Shown: piece after piece, positions 27,778 through 37,082 of the stretch
Numbering within the stretch: the first letter of the stretch is position 1
How the letters are laid out: each line of letters opens with the position of its first letter
DNA from: Bacillota bacterium
Lineage (GTDB): Bacteria; Bacillota; Dethiobacteria; DTU022; UBA8154
Direction: 5' to 3'
Assembly (NCBI GenBank): GCA_012798755.1
Contig: JAAZMP010000037.1
Location: 581-64,580 of the forward strand
Length of the DNA: 64,000 nucleotides
The notes under the pieces: generated by a model
Told to the model about the DNA's origin: nothing
The model's database searches: none
What the model saw: only the letters and a program-made list of their open reading frames with translations
Made by a program: the position numbers and the translations under genes

Positions 27778-29482
27778 TGCTTCTCAACCTTACCTAAAAA
27801 TTAGCAAATTGAATATAACATATAAAAGTGAAAACCATTTAGTAAGAGCGGTAAAAGATTTATCGTTGGAATTAAAAAGCGGCGAGATATTGGGCCTGGC
27901 CGGTGAATCGGGTTCAGGCAAAACCAGCATCTGCAAATCGCTTTTGGGAGTATGTCCCGCACATTTGAGCGGAAAAATTGTTTATAACGGTAAAAATTTA
28001 CTTGAAAACAAAAAACACGAATGGAAAAAAATCCGCTGGAACAAAATTTCCTACTGTTTCCCAAATTCCAGGGAGATTCTTAACCCTTCCTATTCGGTAC
28101 TGGAACAAATGATTGAACCAATGCTGGAAAGCGGTTTTCGGCGGAAAAGGGCTATTGAGCATGCCCGGGATTTATTGTTTAAGTGCAAACTACCCATCGA
28201 AAAACACGATTCCTATCCGGTTCATCTAAGCGGCGGCGAATTGCAGCGTGTTATGATAGCCCTAACACTGGTAAATGATCCGGAAATGGTGATTTTTGAT
28301 GAACCGACAAGCGGGATTGACATCAGAAACAGGAATGAAATTGTTGAGCTTTTAAAGGAAATTCTTAAAAATAAAACGTGTATCATTGTAACACATGATC
28401 TTTTACTTTTGAGAAAATTGGCTGACAAAATCGGTATTTTATATAAAGGCGTTCTTGTGGAGTTGGCTCCTGCACATTTATTTTTCAGAAACCAACACCA
28501 TCCCTACAGCCGGGCCCTCTATAATTCATTTACTAGCTTGGAGACATCCCGTGAGATGTCAAGAATCAGGGACAGGCGGAATAACTTGTCACATAGTACC
28601 GTAAACGGTTGTGTTTTTGCTGATCGTTGCACCCAGGCGATAGAAAAATGCTTCAAGGATATGCCACGGCTTTTATCTTATTATAGTGATAGGCAGATTG
28701 CCTGCCATCGCAAAGGTGTGGTAAGCCTTATAAGGACAACGAATCTTAGCAAGATCTATAGGAAAAGCGGAAGCCTTTGGGGTCCCAAAATACAGGTATT
28801 GAAAGATGTCAATGTCAATGTTGAAGCCGGCGAAGTCGTAGCGCTTGTTGGCGAATCAGGTGCCGGCAAGACCACCCTGGGACAAATAATATGCGGATTG
28901 ATTGATCCCGAAGATGGTGAAATGAATATTGATGAAACTGTACATAGAAACGATGTACAGTATATTTTTCAGGATCCTGAAGAATCTTTATCCCCCCGCT
29001 ATACAGTTTTAGAGGCAATCCGCGAACCTCTGGATATTAAAAATAAGTTTGATTTGAACACCAAAAATGAAATGGCACGAAAAATGCTGGCTAATGTTGG
29101 GTTGTATACCAATGCAGCTTTTTGCGACAGATTTTGTTCACAACTTAGTTCCGGGGAAGCCCAACGGCTGTGTATTGGAAGGGCCTTGATAACATCACCC
29201 CGGGTGCTTGTTGCGGATGAACCTGTTTCAAGACTTGATCCAAGTGAGCAGGTAAGGGTTTTGAAGCTTTTATTGGAATTGCAGACAGATTTTGGCATAG
29301 GGCTATTTTTTATCACCCATAATTTGTATCTGGCACGGAAAATAAGTCGTCGCATCTATGTTATTCATCAAGGCAGGATTATTGAAGAAGGCTTTACGGA
29401 AACTGTACTTGACCAACCCCGTCACCCCCTTACCCGCAATATGGTGAACCTGGCTTTCAGCAAAAAGGCGGAAGTTTACTGA
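27767..29482 (+). CDS. Fused tandem ABC ATPase (OppD-like + OppF-like domains)
   Basis: Two Walker A motifs (GESGSGKTS, GESGAGKTT), two signature motifs (LSGGELQRV, LSSGEAQRL), two Walker B motifs. The start overlaps the permease stop by 11 nt. Confidence 0.85.
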   Translation: MPNNASQPYLKISKLNITYKSENHLVRAVKDLSLELKSGEILGLAGESGSGKTSICKSLLGVCPAHLSGKIVYNGKNLLENKKHEWKKIRWNKISYCFPNSREILNPSYSVLEQMIEPMLESGFRRKRAIEHARDLLFKCKLPIEKHDSYPVHLSGGELQRVMIALTLVNDPEMVIFDEPTSGIDIRNRNEIVELLKEILKNKTCIIVTHDLLLLRKLADKIGILYKGVLVELAPAHLFFRNQHHPYSRALYNSFTSLETSREMSRIRDRRNNLSHSTVNGCVFADRCTQAIEKCFKDMPRLLSYYSDRQIACHRKGVVSLIRTTNLSKIYRKSGSLWGPKIQVLKDVNVNVEAGEVVALVGESGAGKTTLGQIICGLIDPEDGEMNIDETVHRNDVQYIFQDPEESLSPRYTVLEAIREPLDIKNKFDLNTKNEMARKMLANVGLYTNAAFCDRFCSQLSSGEAQRLCIGRALITSPRVLVADEPVSRLDPSEQVRVLKLLLELQTDFGIGLFFITHNLYLARKISRRIYVIHQGRIIEEGFTETVLDQPRHPLTRNMVNLAFSKKAEVY

Positions 29483-29495
29483 AAGGAAGATCGAC

Positions 29496-30368
29496 TTGAT
29501 TAAAAAAGAGCTCCATGAACATTTGGTGGAATTAACTGACAACAATTTAAGAGTAAAACAGATAGTCATAAATCCCGGTTTTACCGGAGTAGTGTTGGAC
29601 AGTGGAGATATGGGGATTGCTATGAATGTCCGTAGCGGACATAATGTAACGGAAAAGATTAACGATTACTTGCAGGGAAAAACTGACGTTAAAGCTTTAA
29701 CCGCAGCCGAAGGCATTTTAAAAAACATAGATATTTTTAACGATTCCCCTGAAGAAAAGCATCTTATACGTTCAGTGCTTGTAGCTCTTTATAACGCTCT
29801 TTCCAGGCCTTTTATGGATAAGGAACATTTAAGCAGTATTGGATGCAAAATCAAGCATGGTACTTCAAATACGCAAGAATCCTCTTCTGCAGGTGTAAAG
29901 GCGGGAGAAACTTTAACAATTGTTGGTTTTGGTGGTATGGTGCGTTCCCTGTCCCAAATTGCAAAGAGGACCTATGTAACGGAACTTAAACCGGAATTTT
30001 TTAGAGCAACTTCAATTTCCAGCGAGGGAATTGTTCGGGGGTCTGGCAGCTACACCCTGGTTTCCGCTGCTGAGGGGGAAAAATATTTTAAAAAAGCAGA
30101 TACGATTTACGTAACGGGGTGTACGTTGGTAACAGATACAATGGATGAAATACTTAGACAATGCCGGGGTAAAAAGATAATTGTATATGGCGCAACAGCA
30201 AGCTTTTTGCCGCAACCGCTGTTGGAAAGGGATGTTAATACTATACAAACGACTATAGTAAGGGATGCGGATCTTATGGCGGAACTTTTATTGAATTGCG
30301 CAGGGGCCGTCGAACGCTTTTTTCCAATGGCCTGCGAAAACGTTTTGATTGTGAAAGATACTGAATAA
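29496..30368 (+). CDS. DUF4213/DUF364 'putative heavy-metal chelation' Rossmann-like protein
   Basis: N-terminus QIVINPGFTGVVLDSGDMGIAMNV plus the C-terminal Rossmann-like TIVGFGGM...IYVTGCTLV...IVYGATASF pattern. Last gene of the ABC operon. Confidence 0.65.
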   Translation: MIKKELHEHLVELTDNNLRVKQIVINPGFTGVVLDSGDMGIAMNVRSGHNVTEKINDYLQGKTDVKALTAAEGILKNIDIFNDSPEEKHLIRSVLVALYNALSRPFMDKEHLSSIGCKIKHGTSNTQESSSAGVKAGETLTIVGFGGMVRSLSQIAKRTYVTELKPEFFRATSISSEGIVRGSGSYTLVSAAEGEKYFKKADTIYVTGCTLVTDTMDEILRQCRGKKIIVYGATASFLPQPLLERDVNTIQTTIVRDADLMAELLLNCAGAVERFFPMACENVLIVKDTE

Positions 30369-30459
30369 CCCTGTCCAACATGGAAAAATTATCCCAGGTG
30401 TTTTATAATGAGAATAAACGGCATATTTTCTTGTTTTTATATGAAGGTGATAAACTGTA

Positions 30460-30981
30460 ATGTTGGAAGTAGAATACAAATTGCAAAACGGCCTGGTTGG
30501 AATTATTTCGGATACACACGTGCCAACACGAGCTTCTTCGTTGCCGCCGAAGGTTTTTAAATTCTTTGAAAAAGCGGATCTAATTCTTCATGCCGGAGAT
30601 CTGGAGGAAGAAAACGTTTTAAGAGAACTTAAGTTGCTGGCCCCTGTGGTCGCAGTGGCAGGCAACATGGATCCGTATGAACTTAAGATCAAGCTCGGCA
30701 CCAGCAAAATTATCCATTTAGGCAAGGTTTCTTTGGGGCTAAACCATGGAGATGGTCTCCCCCGGGGAAGGCCGGATTTGGTTCTTTCCCGATTTCGGGG
30801 TTTCAATATCCAGGCGCTTATTTTTGGGCATAGCCATGTGCCTCTTATAGAACAAAGTGAAAATGTTTTATTTATCAACCCTGGATCTCCTGCGGATCCG
30901 CGCCGGGGCAGCAAGCCTTCCTGTGCACGTCTTTGGCTTGAAGGACGGGACTTGCAGGGTGAGATATTGGAACTAGCCTAG
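30460..30981 (+). CDS. YfcE/MJ0936-type metallophosphoesterase
   Basis: GIISDTHVP, HAGDL, GNMD and FGHSH phosphoesterase motifs. Confidence 0.8.
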   Translation: MLEVEYKLQNGLVGIISDTHVPTRASSLPPKVFKFFEKADLILHAGDLEEENVLRELKLLAPVVAVAGNMDPYELKIKLGTSKIIHLGKVSLGLNHGDGLPRGRPDLVLSRFRGFNIQALIFGHSHVPLIEQSENVLFINPGSPADPRRGSKPSCARLWLEGRDLQGEILELA

Positions 30982-31278
30982 AATTAACAAAAACAAAATT
31001 CCATGAATTGGACATAAGTTTTGAAAGTACCGTATCCCAAATGCTAGAACTCCGGTATGTTGTTTTTGTCATAAAAAACCTTTCTTATGCAGGTGTATGT
31101 AGGAATTTATCCTTATTATGTAGAATAAATCTCTAGACACCTTTTAGGCCTTCTTTATTTAAATAATCCTACTACTAAACAAGAAGTTCATAATAATAAG
31201 AGCTACAGTAAAAAATAGTGGCAACAGCTTATTTGCTTGCAAGAAAATAAGGTGATCTTTTCACGGAGGAGTTTTTAA

Positions 31279-32106
31279 ATGAGTAGTATTGTAATTGCAG
31301 GTATTTCTCCCCATCCGCCCTTGATCATTCCCGGAGTTGGTGGTAGGGAAATAAACGAGGTTCGCCGGACGGTTGATGCTTTAACGGAACTTTCTGCAGA
31401 AGTTGCCGCTGCCCATCCTCAAACCGTGATATTTATAACCCCACATGGCCCTATGCATAGGGAAGCCATCGCCGTTTTGGCAGATGAGGATCTCAAAGGT
31501 GATTTTGGCAACTTTCGTGCTCCCGAGGTCAGGCTTTCGGCCAAAAATGATTTGAAGCTCTTACAGGCCTTAATGGAGGAAAGTAACAAAGAAAGGTTCA
31601 AGCTGTCTCTGCAAAAAAGGAAAAAACCTTCGCTGTTTCGTGACGAAATGCAGCTGGATCATGGTACGACCGTTCCCCTTTACTACTTGCAGAAGGCCGG
31701 TACTGCTGAAAAGATTATGGTGCTAACTTTTGCCATGCTGTCTTACAATGATCTTTTTAGATTTGGGCAGGTGTTGCAAAAAGCTATCGAAACCACTGGC
31801 CGCAGGGTTGCTCTCATAGCGAGCGCGGACCTATCACACCGCCTCAAACCAGGGGCACCTGCAGGTTACGACCCTCGGGGGGAAGAATTTGATCAAAAAC
31901 TGGTTCAACATTTGCATGATTATGATGTAGAAAAAATATTATCCATGGACAGGAAACTTATTGCCGCTGCGGGAGAATGTGGCTTGCGCTCCATTGTCAT
32001 TCTTTTGGGCGGTCTTTCCGGTCTAAACGTGGCACCGGAGGTTTTATCCTACGAGGGACCCTTTGGTGTTGGCTATCTTGTGGCTACAGTCAAAATATTC
32101 GAATGA
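31279..32106 (+). CDS. AmmeMemoRadiSam system protein B (Memo/LigB-like)
   Basis: 275 aa with LigB/Memo-like PHGPMH and SADLSHR motifs. First gene of a B-A-radical-SAM triad. Confidence 0.65.
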   Translation: MSSIVIAGISPHPPLIIPGVGGREINEVRRTVDALTELSAEVAAAHPQTVIFITPHGPMHREAIAVLADEDLKGDFGNFRAPEVRLSAKNDLKLLQALMEESNKERFKLSLQKRKKPSLFRDEMQLDHGTTVPLYYLQKAGTAEKIMVLTFAMLSYNDLFRFGQVLQKAIETTGRRVALIASADLSHRLKPGAPAGYDPRGEEFDQKLVQHLHDYDVEKILSMDRKLIAAAGECGLRSIVILLGGLSGLNVAPEVLSYEGPFGVGYLVATVKIFE

Positions 32107-32639
32107 TATGGAGGAAGAATTATTTGGTTAAAACAGGAAGTATTTTTACAGAGATCGCCCGTCAATCCCTGGAAAACCATCTTCGGGGGAAACCGAAGCT
32201 TTTTTCCCGGAGCCTTCCCGCCAAACTCAAGCAGCCGGGAGCAGCTTTTGTTACCCTAAAAAAACAAGGCGATCTAAGAGGCTGTATCGGCACGATTTTT
32301 CCTACTAAAAAGACTTTGGCGGAAGAAATTGCCGCCAATGCTATCAGCGCCGGGTTGCACGATTCCCGTTTCCCTCCGGTTTCCAAAAACGAACTGGGGG
32401 ATTTGACTTACAGCGTTGATATCCTGACCAAACCGGAAAAAACAGAAGATTTATCTCAGTTGGATCCCCGGCGCTATGGAGTGATCGTCCGGCACGGCAG
32501 CAAAAGCGGTTTGCTGCTGCCGGATTTGGAAGGAATTGATACAGTGGAAGAACAATTGGAAATAGCTAAGCAAAAAGCAGGGATACGGCACGATGAAGAC
32601 GTGGAAATCTACCGTTTTAAGGTGGAACGTTATTATTAA
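32103..32639 (+). CDS. AmmeMemoRadiSam system protein A (AMMECR1 domain)
   Basis: AMMECR1 hallmarks (GAAFVTLKK.GDLRGCIGT, RYGVIV..G..SGLLLP). ATG 32103 overlaps the upstream stop (ATGA). Confidence 0.75.
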   Translation: MIWRKNYLVKTGSIFTEIARQSLENHLRGKPKLFSRSLPAKLKQPGAAFVTLKKQGDLRGCIGTIFPTKKTLAEEIAANAISAGLHDSRFPPVSKNELGDLTYSVDILTKPEKTEDLSQLDPRRYGVIVRHGSKSGLLLPDLEGIDTVEEQLEIAKQKAGIRHDEDVEIYRFKVERYY

Positions 32640-32656
32640 AACTGACGTGGGGGAAT

Positions 32657-33682
32657 ATGGAAAATATGAAAGAGGCACGCTACTATACCCGAAATAATTC
32701 CAAAATATCCTGTGAGCTTTGTCCCCAGGGATGTCTGCTTTCAGAGGGCCAAACGGGTATTTGTGGTGTCCGCAAGGTTGAAAAAGGGAAGCTTGTAACT
32801 TTAAATTATGCTTTGTGTGCTGCCATGAATATAGATCCCATCGAAAAAAAACCTCTTTACCATTTTTACCCCGGCTGGGAAATTCTTTCCGTTGGAACGA
32901 TTGGGTGCAACCTGCATTGTTCTTTTTGCCAGAACTGGTCCTTGGCCCGAGGCGATCGTTCCCCAACGATAGAAAAAACTACCCCGGGGGAGTTTTTGGA
33001 TATTCTCCAAGAGCGCCCCTTACGGCAACAATTGGGTATCGCCTATACCTATAATGAACCTACGATTTGGTACGAATTTGTCCTGGAAACCGCGCAGCTT
33101 ATGGCTGAAAATGGTTATAAAAACGTTCTTGTATCTAATGGGCTTATCAACAAACAACCCTTGCAGGAACTTTTGCCCTATATCCAGGCCATGAATATCG
33201 ATGTCAAGTCCTTTAGCGAAGAATTTTACCGGCAACATTGCAAGGGGCGGGGTCTTAAAGAGGTTAAACGTACCGTAGAGCAGGCACATTCGCGCTGCCA
33301 TGTGGAGCTTACCTATCTTATCGTTACTACATTAAACGACAGCCGTGAAGAAATAGAGGATTTTGTCAATTGGGTAGCCTCCGTGGATAAAGAGATCCCC
33401 GTCCATTTTAGTCGCTATTTTCCCAGCTATCGCCTGAAGATACCCCCTACACCGCCGGAAACGATACGGCAAGCCTGGGAAACCGCTAAAGAAAAGCTTT
33501 CTTATGTTTATGTCGGTAATGTCATGGATCCCAAAAGGAGTGCCACGTACTGCCCCTTTTGCAACCGGCTTTTGATCGATCGTAGTGGATATCGCGTTAA
33601 AAACGAGGGGTTAAAGGGTAAAAAATGCAAAACATGCGGTAATACTATAAGGTTGACGGGGCATATTTATGGAGAAGGATGA
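32657..33682 (+). CDS. AmmeMemoRadiSam system radical SAM enzyme
   Basis: CNLHCSFC (CxxxCxxC) radical-SAM cluster motif; extra N-terminal and C-terminal Cys pairs; third gene of the triad. Confidence 0.8.
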   Translation: MENMKEARYYTRNNSKISCELCPQGCLLSEGQTGICGVRKVEKGKLVTLNYALCAAMNIDPIEKKPLYHFYPGWEILSVGTIGCNLHCSFCQNWSLARGDRSPTIEKTTPGEFLDILQERPLRQQLGIAYTYNEPTIWYEFVLETAQLMAENGYKNVLVSNGLINKQPLQELLPYIQAMNIDVKSFSEEFYRQHCKGRGLKEVKRTVEQAHSRCHVELTYLIVTTLNDSREEIEDFVNWVASVDKEIPVHFSRYFPSYRLKIPPTPPETIRQAWETAKEKLSYVYVGNVMDPKRSATYCPFCNRLLIDRSGYRVKNEGLKGKKCKTCGNTIRLTGHIYGEG

Positions 33683-33741
33683 TGGTTGCGATAGGGAAAA
33701 CCTAAATCCAAGCTTTTTTACTCCATAATCGGAAAGAGGTT

Positions 33742-35091
33742 TTGAACATAGAAGCTATCTTGGAATGGTTTCACAATGTGGCCATTGTACTTCCTTTAAC
33801 CTTTATTATTTTAGTTGTCGGTGTATTCCTAACTTCTAAATTGCGATTGCTGCAGCTTAAACAATTCGCCTATATTCTTTATCACACTTTGGGCAGTCTG
33901 CTGCGAAGAGAGAAAATAACTAAACCTTCCAGCGGCGAAATCACTCCTTTCCAGGCTTTAACAACAGCTCTGGCTGCTACTGTGGGAACGGGAAATATTG
34001 CCGGCGTGGCGACTGCTATCACCCTAGGAGGGCCGGGGGCAGTTTTCTGGATGTGGGTTTCCGCTTTTTTTGGTATGGCTACCAAATACAGCGAAATAGT
34101 TCTTGCCGTGCACTATCGCACCAAAGTGGAGGGTAGTGTCGTTGGAGGACCGATGTATTTCCTGCAAAAAGGACTGCGCATGCCCTTTTTAGCCTCCCTT
34201 TTCGCTCTTTTTGGTGCATTGGCCGCCTTTGGTATTGGGAACATGGTGCAGGCTAATTCCGTGGCCGATGCTGTCAAAACAACCTTCGGGTTTCCCGTTC
34301 ACCTTACAGGTTTGTTCATGGCTCTGTTTGGGGCTCTAATCATTTTGGGAGGCATTAAACGCATTGCCCGGGTGACTACCTCTGTTGTGCCGTTTATGGC
34401 ATTTTTTTATGTAATCGGAGGTCTTATTATTCTGGTCTTTTTTTACCGCCAAATTCCCCTTGCTTTGGGTCAGATTTTAAGCGGGGCTTTTGGAATCCAG
34501 GCAGCGGCAGGCGGTTTTGCCGGTGCCTCGCTCACCCGCGCTTGGCGGTTTGGTATTTCCCGGGGAATATTTACAAATGAAGCCGGGTTGGGAAGTGCGT
34601 CTATTGCTCACGCCGTGGCAAGGACCCCCCATCCCGTCAGGCAGGGTTTTTGGGGAGTGATAGAGGTTTTTATTGACACCCATGTCATTTGCACCATGAC
34701 AGCTTTAATTTTATTAGTAACGGGTGCCTGGCAGACAGGTGTTGACGGTGCTTCCATGACGGTGGAGGCCTTTAGTCGCGGACTTCCAGGAACAGGGCAG
34801 TATATAGTGGCCATTGGTTTGATTTTTTTTGCGTTTTCTACGATCTTAAGCTGGGCTTATTATGGAGAGAAATGCGCAGAGTACCTTTTGGGCAGACGGT
34901 CTGTACATTTTTACCGTTCCCTCTGGGTAGTTTTTATTTTTATTGGTTCTCTGGGCGGCCTGCGAACTCTGTGGTCACTCTCTGACGTTCTAAACGGGCT
35001 GATGGCTTTTCCCAATCTTGTAGGCCTTCTGGGTTTGAGTAATGTAATCGCCACGCTTACCCGGGAATATTTTGCCGGCGGCCTGAAATAG
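33742..35091 (+). CDS. Alanine/glycine:cation symporter (AGCS family)
   Basis: TPFQALTTALAATVGTGNIAGVATAI, the AGCS signature. TTG start. Confidence 0.85.
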   Translation: MNIEAILEWFHNVAIVLPLTFIILVVGVFLTSKLRLLQLKQFAYILYHTLGSLLRREKITKPSSGEITPFQALTTALAATVGTGNIAGVATAITLGGPGAVFWMWVSAFFGMATKYSEIVLAVHYRTKVEGSVVGGPMYFLQKGLRMPFLASLFALFGALAAFGIGNMVQANSVADAVKTTFGFPVHLTGLFMALFGALIILGGIKRIARVTTSVVPFMAFFYVIGGLIILVFFYRQIPLALGQILSGAFGIQAAAGGFAGASLTRAWRFGISRGIFTNEAGLGSASIAHAVARTPHPVRQGFWGVIEVFIDTHVICTMTALILLVTGAWQTGVDGASMTVEAFSRGLPGTGQYIVAIGLIFFAFSTILSWAYYGEKCAEYLLGRRSVHFYRSLWVVFIFIGSLGGLRTLWSLSDVLNGLMAFPNLVGLLGLSNVIATLTREYFAGGLK

Positions 35092-35182
35092 CAATATTCA
35101 GGATGATAAAAAGGAATTGACTCATTAAGGTAGAATAAAAACTTAAATGGGCCATTATTTGTGAGGGGTTGAAAATTTTAAA

Positions 35183-36040
35183 GTGTGGGAACAGATTACT
35201 GCCGGTATTACACAATTAAACGTAAGCTGGCGGGATATCATTGATATCGCCATTGTAACTTATATCTTATATCGCCTTATTCTCCTAATCAGAGGTACCA
35301 GGGCAGAACAGCTTGTGAAGGGCCTGATTATTTTACTACTCGCCTGGATTGCCAGCGGTCTGCTGGGTTTACGGACAATAAACTGGCTTTTACAGGGATT
35401 GATGACCGTGGGACTTATCGCGGTGCCCATTATATTCCAGCCTGAACTTAGAAAAGCGCTGGAACACTTAGGCCGTGGCAAACTATTTCAAAGCGGTCTT
35501 TATGAGGAGAGCGGTTTTTATGAGTTGTTGGAGGAACTTCTTAAAGCGATACCCGTTCTTGTTAAGAAAAGAATAGGTGCTTTGATCGTTTTAGAAAGAG
35601 AAACAGGCCTAAAGGACATCATTGAAACGGGTATCAAAATTAACGGGGTTGTTACAGCCGAACTTTTAATCAACATTTTTATGCCCCGTAGCCCGTTGCA
35701 CGATGGGGCCGCTATTATCAGGGGAAATGTTATCGCGGCAGCCGGCTGCTTCCTGCCTTTAACAGAAAATCCCAATCTTAGTAAGGAATTGGGGACAAGA
35801 CATAGGGCAGGAATGGGTATAACGGAAATATCTGATGCGCTGGTTATTATCATCTCTGAAGAGACGGGAGTTATCTCACTTGCACATAATGGTAAACTTA
35901 CGCGCTATCTTGACGAGAAAACCTTACGCAGCACGCTTTTAAATTTTTTTTCCACACCGGATATCGGGGAAAAGAAAAAAATGACAATCTCAAACTTTTT
36001 TTCTTGGAGGCTTGGCGAACAAGATGAAGATAAACTTTAA
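35183..36040 (+). CDS. cdaA: Diadenylate cyclase CdaA
   Basis: Three N-terminal TM helices plus a DAC domain (DGAAII, RHRAAIGISE-type GTRHRAGMGITE). Confidence 0.9.
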   Translation: MWEQITAGITQLNVSWRDIIDIAIVTYILYRLILLIRGTRAEQLVKGLIILLLAWIASGLLGLRTINWLLQGLMTVGLIAVPIIFQPELRKALEHLGRGKLFQSGLYEESGFYELLEELLKAIPVLVKKRIGALIVLERETGLKDIIETGIKINGVVTAELLINIFMPRSPLHDGAAIIRGNVIAAAGCFLPLTENPNLSKELGTRHRAGMGITEISDALVIIISEETGVISLAHNGKLTRYLDEKTLRSTLLNFFSTPDIGEKKKMTISNFFSWRLGEQDEDKL

Positions 36041-36950
36041 ACTGTTCTCGGAAAATCCCAACCTACTAAGGATCTTGGCTTTTTTGCTGGCTTTGATACT
36101 TTGGTTTTTTGTTGCCGGGGACAGGCAGGATCTTGGATCAGAGGTACGCCAAACTATCGGAAATATACCCTTGTCTTATCGAAACCTGGGTCAGGATTTG
36201 GAGGTCGCCGGGGAGGAAGAAAGCGTAACCCTATCCCTGCAAGGTACACCACGGGCTTTCGATGGGTTAACACCCGTGGACCTGGAGGCATATATTGATC
36301 TAAGCGGGAAACGGGAAGGACGTTATGATCTGCGTATCAACGCTACTGCCCCGAAAGGTCTCAGTATTGTGGGTATTGAACCTGCCAAATCCAAGGTTGT
36401 CCTGGAAGATTTAATTACCAGGCAAATTTCAGTAGAAGATAATTTGCAGGGAGAACCGGGTGGCGGTTTAGTTGTTCAGGAGGTAGAGTTTGCTCCCAAG
36501 GAGGTTTTTATTCGGGGCCCGCGGCGTAAAATTGATCTTGTCAGCAAGGTCATTTTTTACCTTGACATCAGTGGTGCAGAAAGCACCATAACCGGCAGTG
36601 CCCTGCTTTATGCCCTGGATGACAAAGAAAATCTTATCGAAAATATAACTGTCACTCCTGATACCGCTGAAGTGCGGGTAACCTTTACCCTACCCCGGAA
36701 AGATTTGCCGGTTGAAGTTATTTTTGACAGTGATGGCAGGGTTGTAGAAATGGTGAAAGTAGAGCCTTCGACAGTGACAGTGACCGGCCCCAGCCAATTG
36801 TTGGAAAACCTTACCGGTATTTTGACAGAAGAAATCAATTTAAAAAATAAGGGGGATATTTTTACTGTAGAAGTCCCATTAATTGTTCCCGAAAATGTTA
36901 CTTGTAAAAACAAACATGTAACGGTGCAGGTTTTCTTGGCAGGAGAATAG
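36024..36950 (+). CDS. cdaR: CdaA regulator CdaR (YbbR-domain protein)
   Basis: N-terminal TM plus repeated YbbR-like domains; overlaps the cdaA stop. Confidence 0.8.
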   Translation: MKINFKLFSENPNLLRILAFLLALILWFFVAGDRQDLGSEVRQTIGNIPLSYRNLGQDLEVAGEEESVTLSLQGTPRAFDGLTPVDLEAYIDLSGKREGRYDLRINATAPKGLSIVGIEPAKSKVVLEDLITRQISVEDNLQGEPGGGLVVQEVEFAPKEVFIRGPRRKIDLVSKVIFYLDISGAESTITGSALLYALDDKENLIENITVTPDTAEVRVTFTLPRKDLPVEVIFDSDGRVVEMVKVEPSTVTVTGPSQLLENLTGILTEEINLKNKGDIFTVEVPLIVPENVTCKNKHVTVQVFLAGE

Positions 36951-37082
36951 AAGGAACCGATTGCAGGTATCATTCGTTATATTACTGGGAATGTAATGAT
37001 GATATCTGAAAAAATCTATAGTGCAGATCTATGATTTCTGATAATAAAATTCCAAACAAATTGGACAACAACAGGTGAGCTT

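Noticed and set aside
31977-32102. Long N-terminal extension of the AMMECR1 ORF overlapping the Memo-like gene
   Set aside because: The extension overlaps the 3' end of the upstream gene in another frame. The conserved AMMECR1 domain starts right after ATG 32103, which forms an ATGA overlap with the upstream stop.
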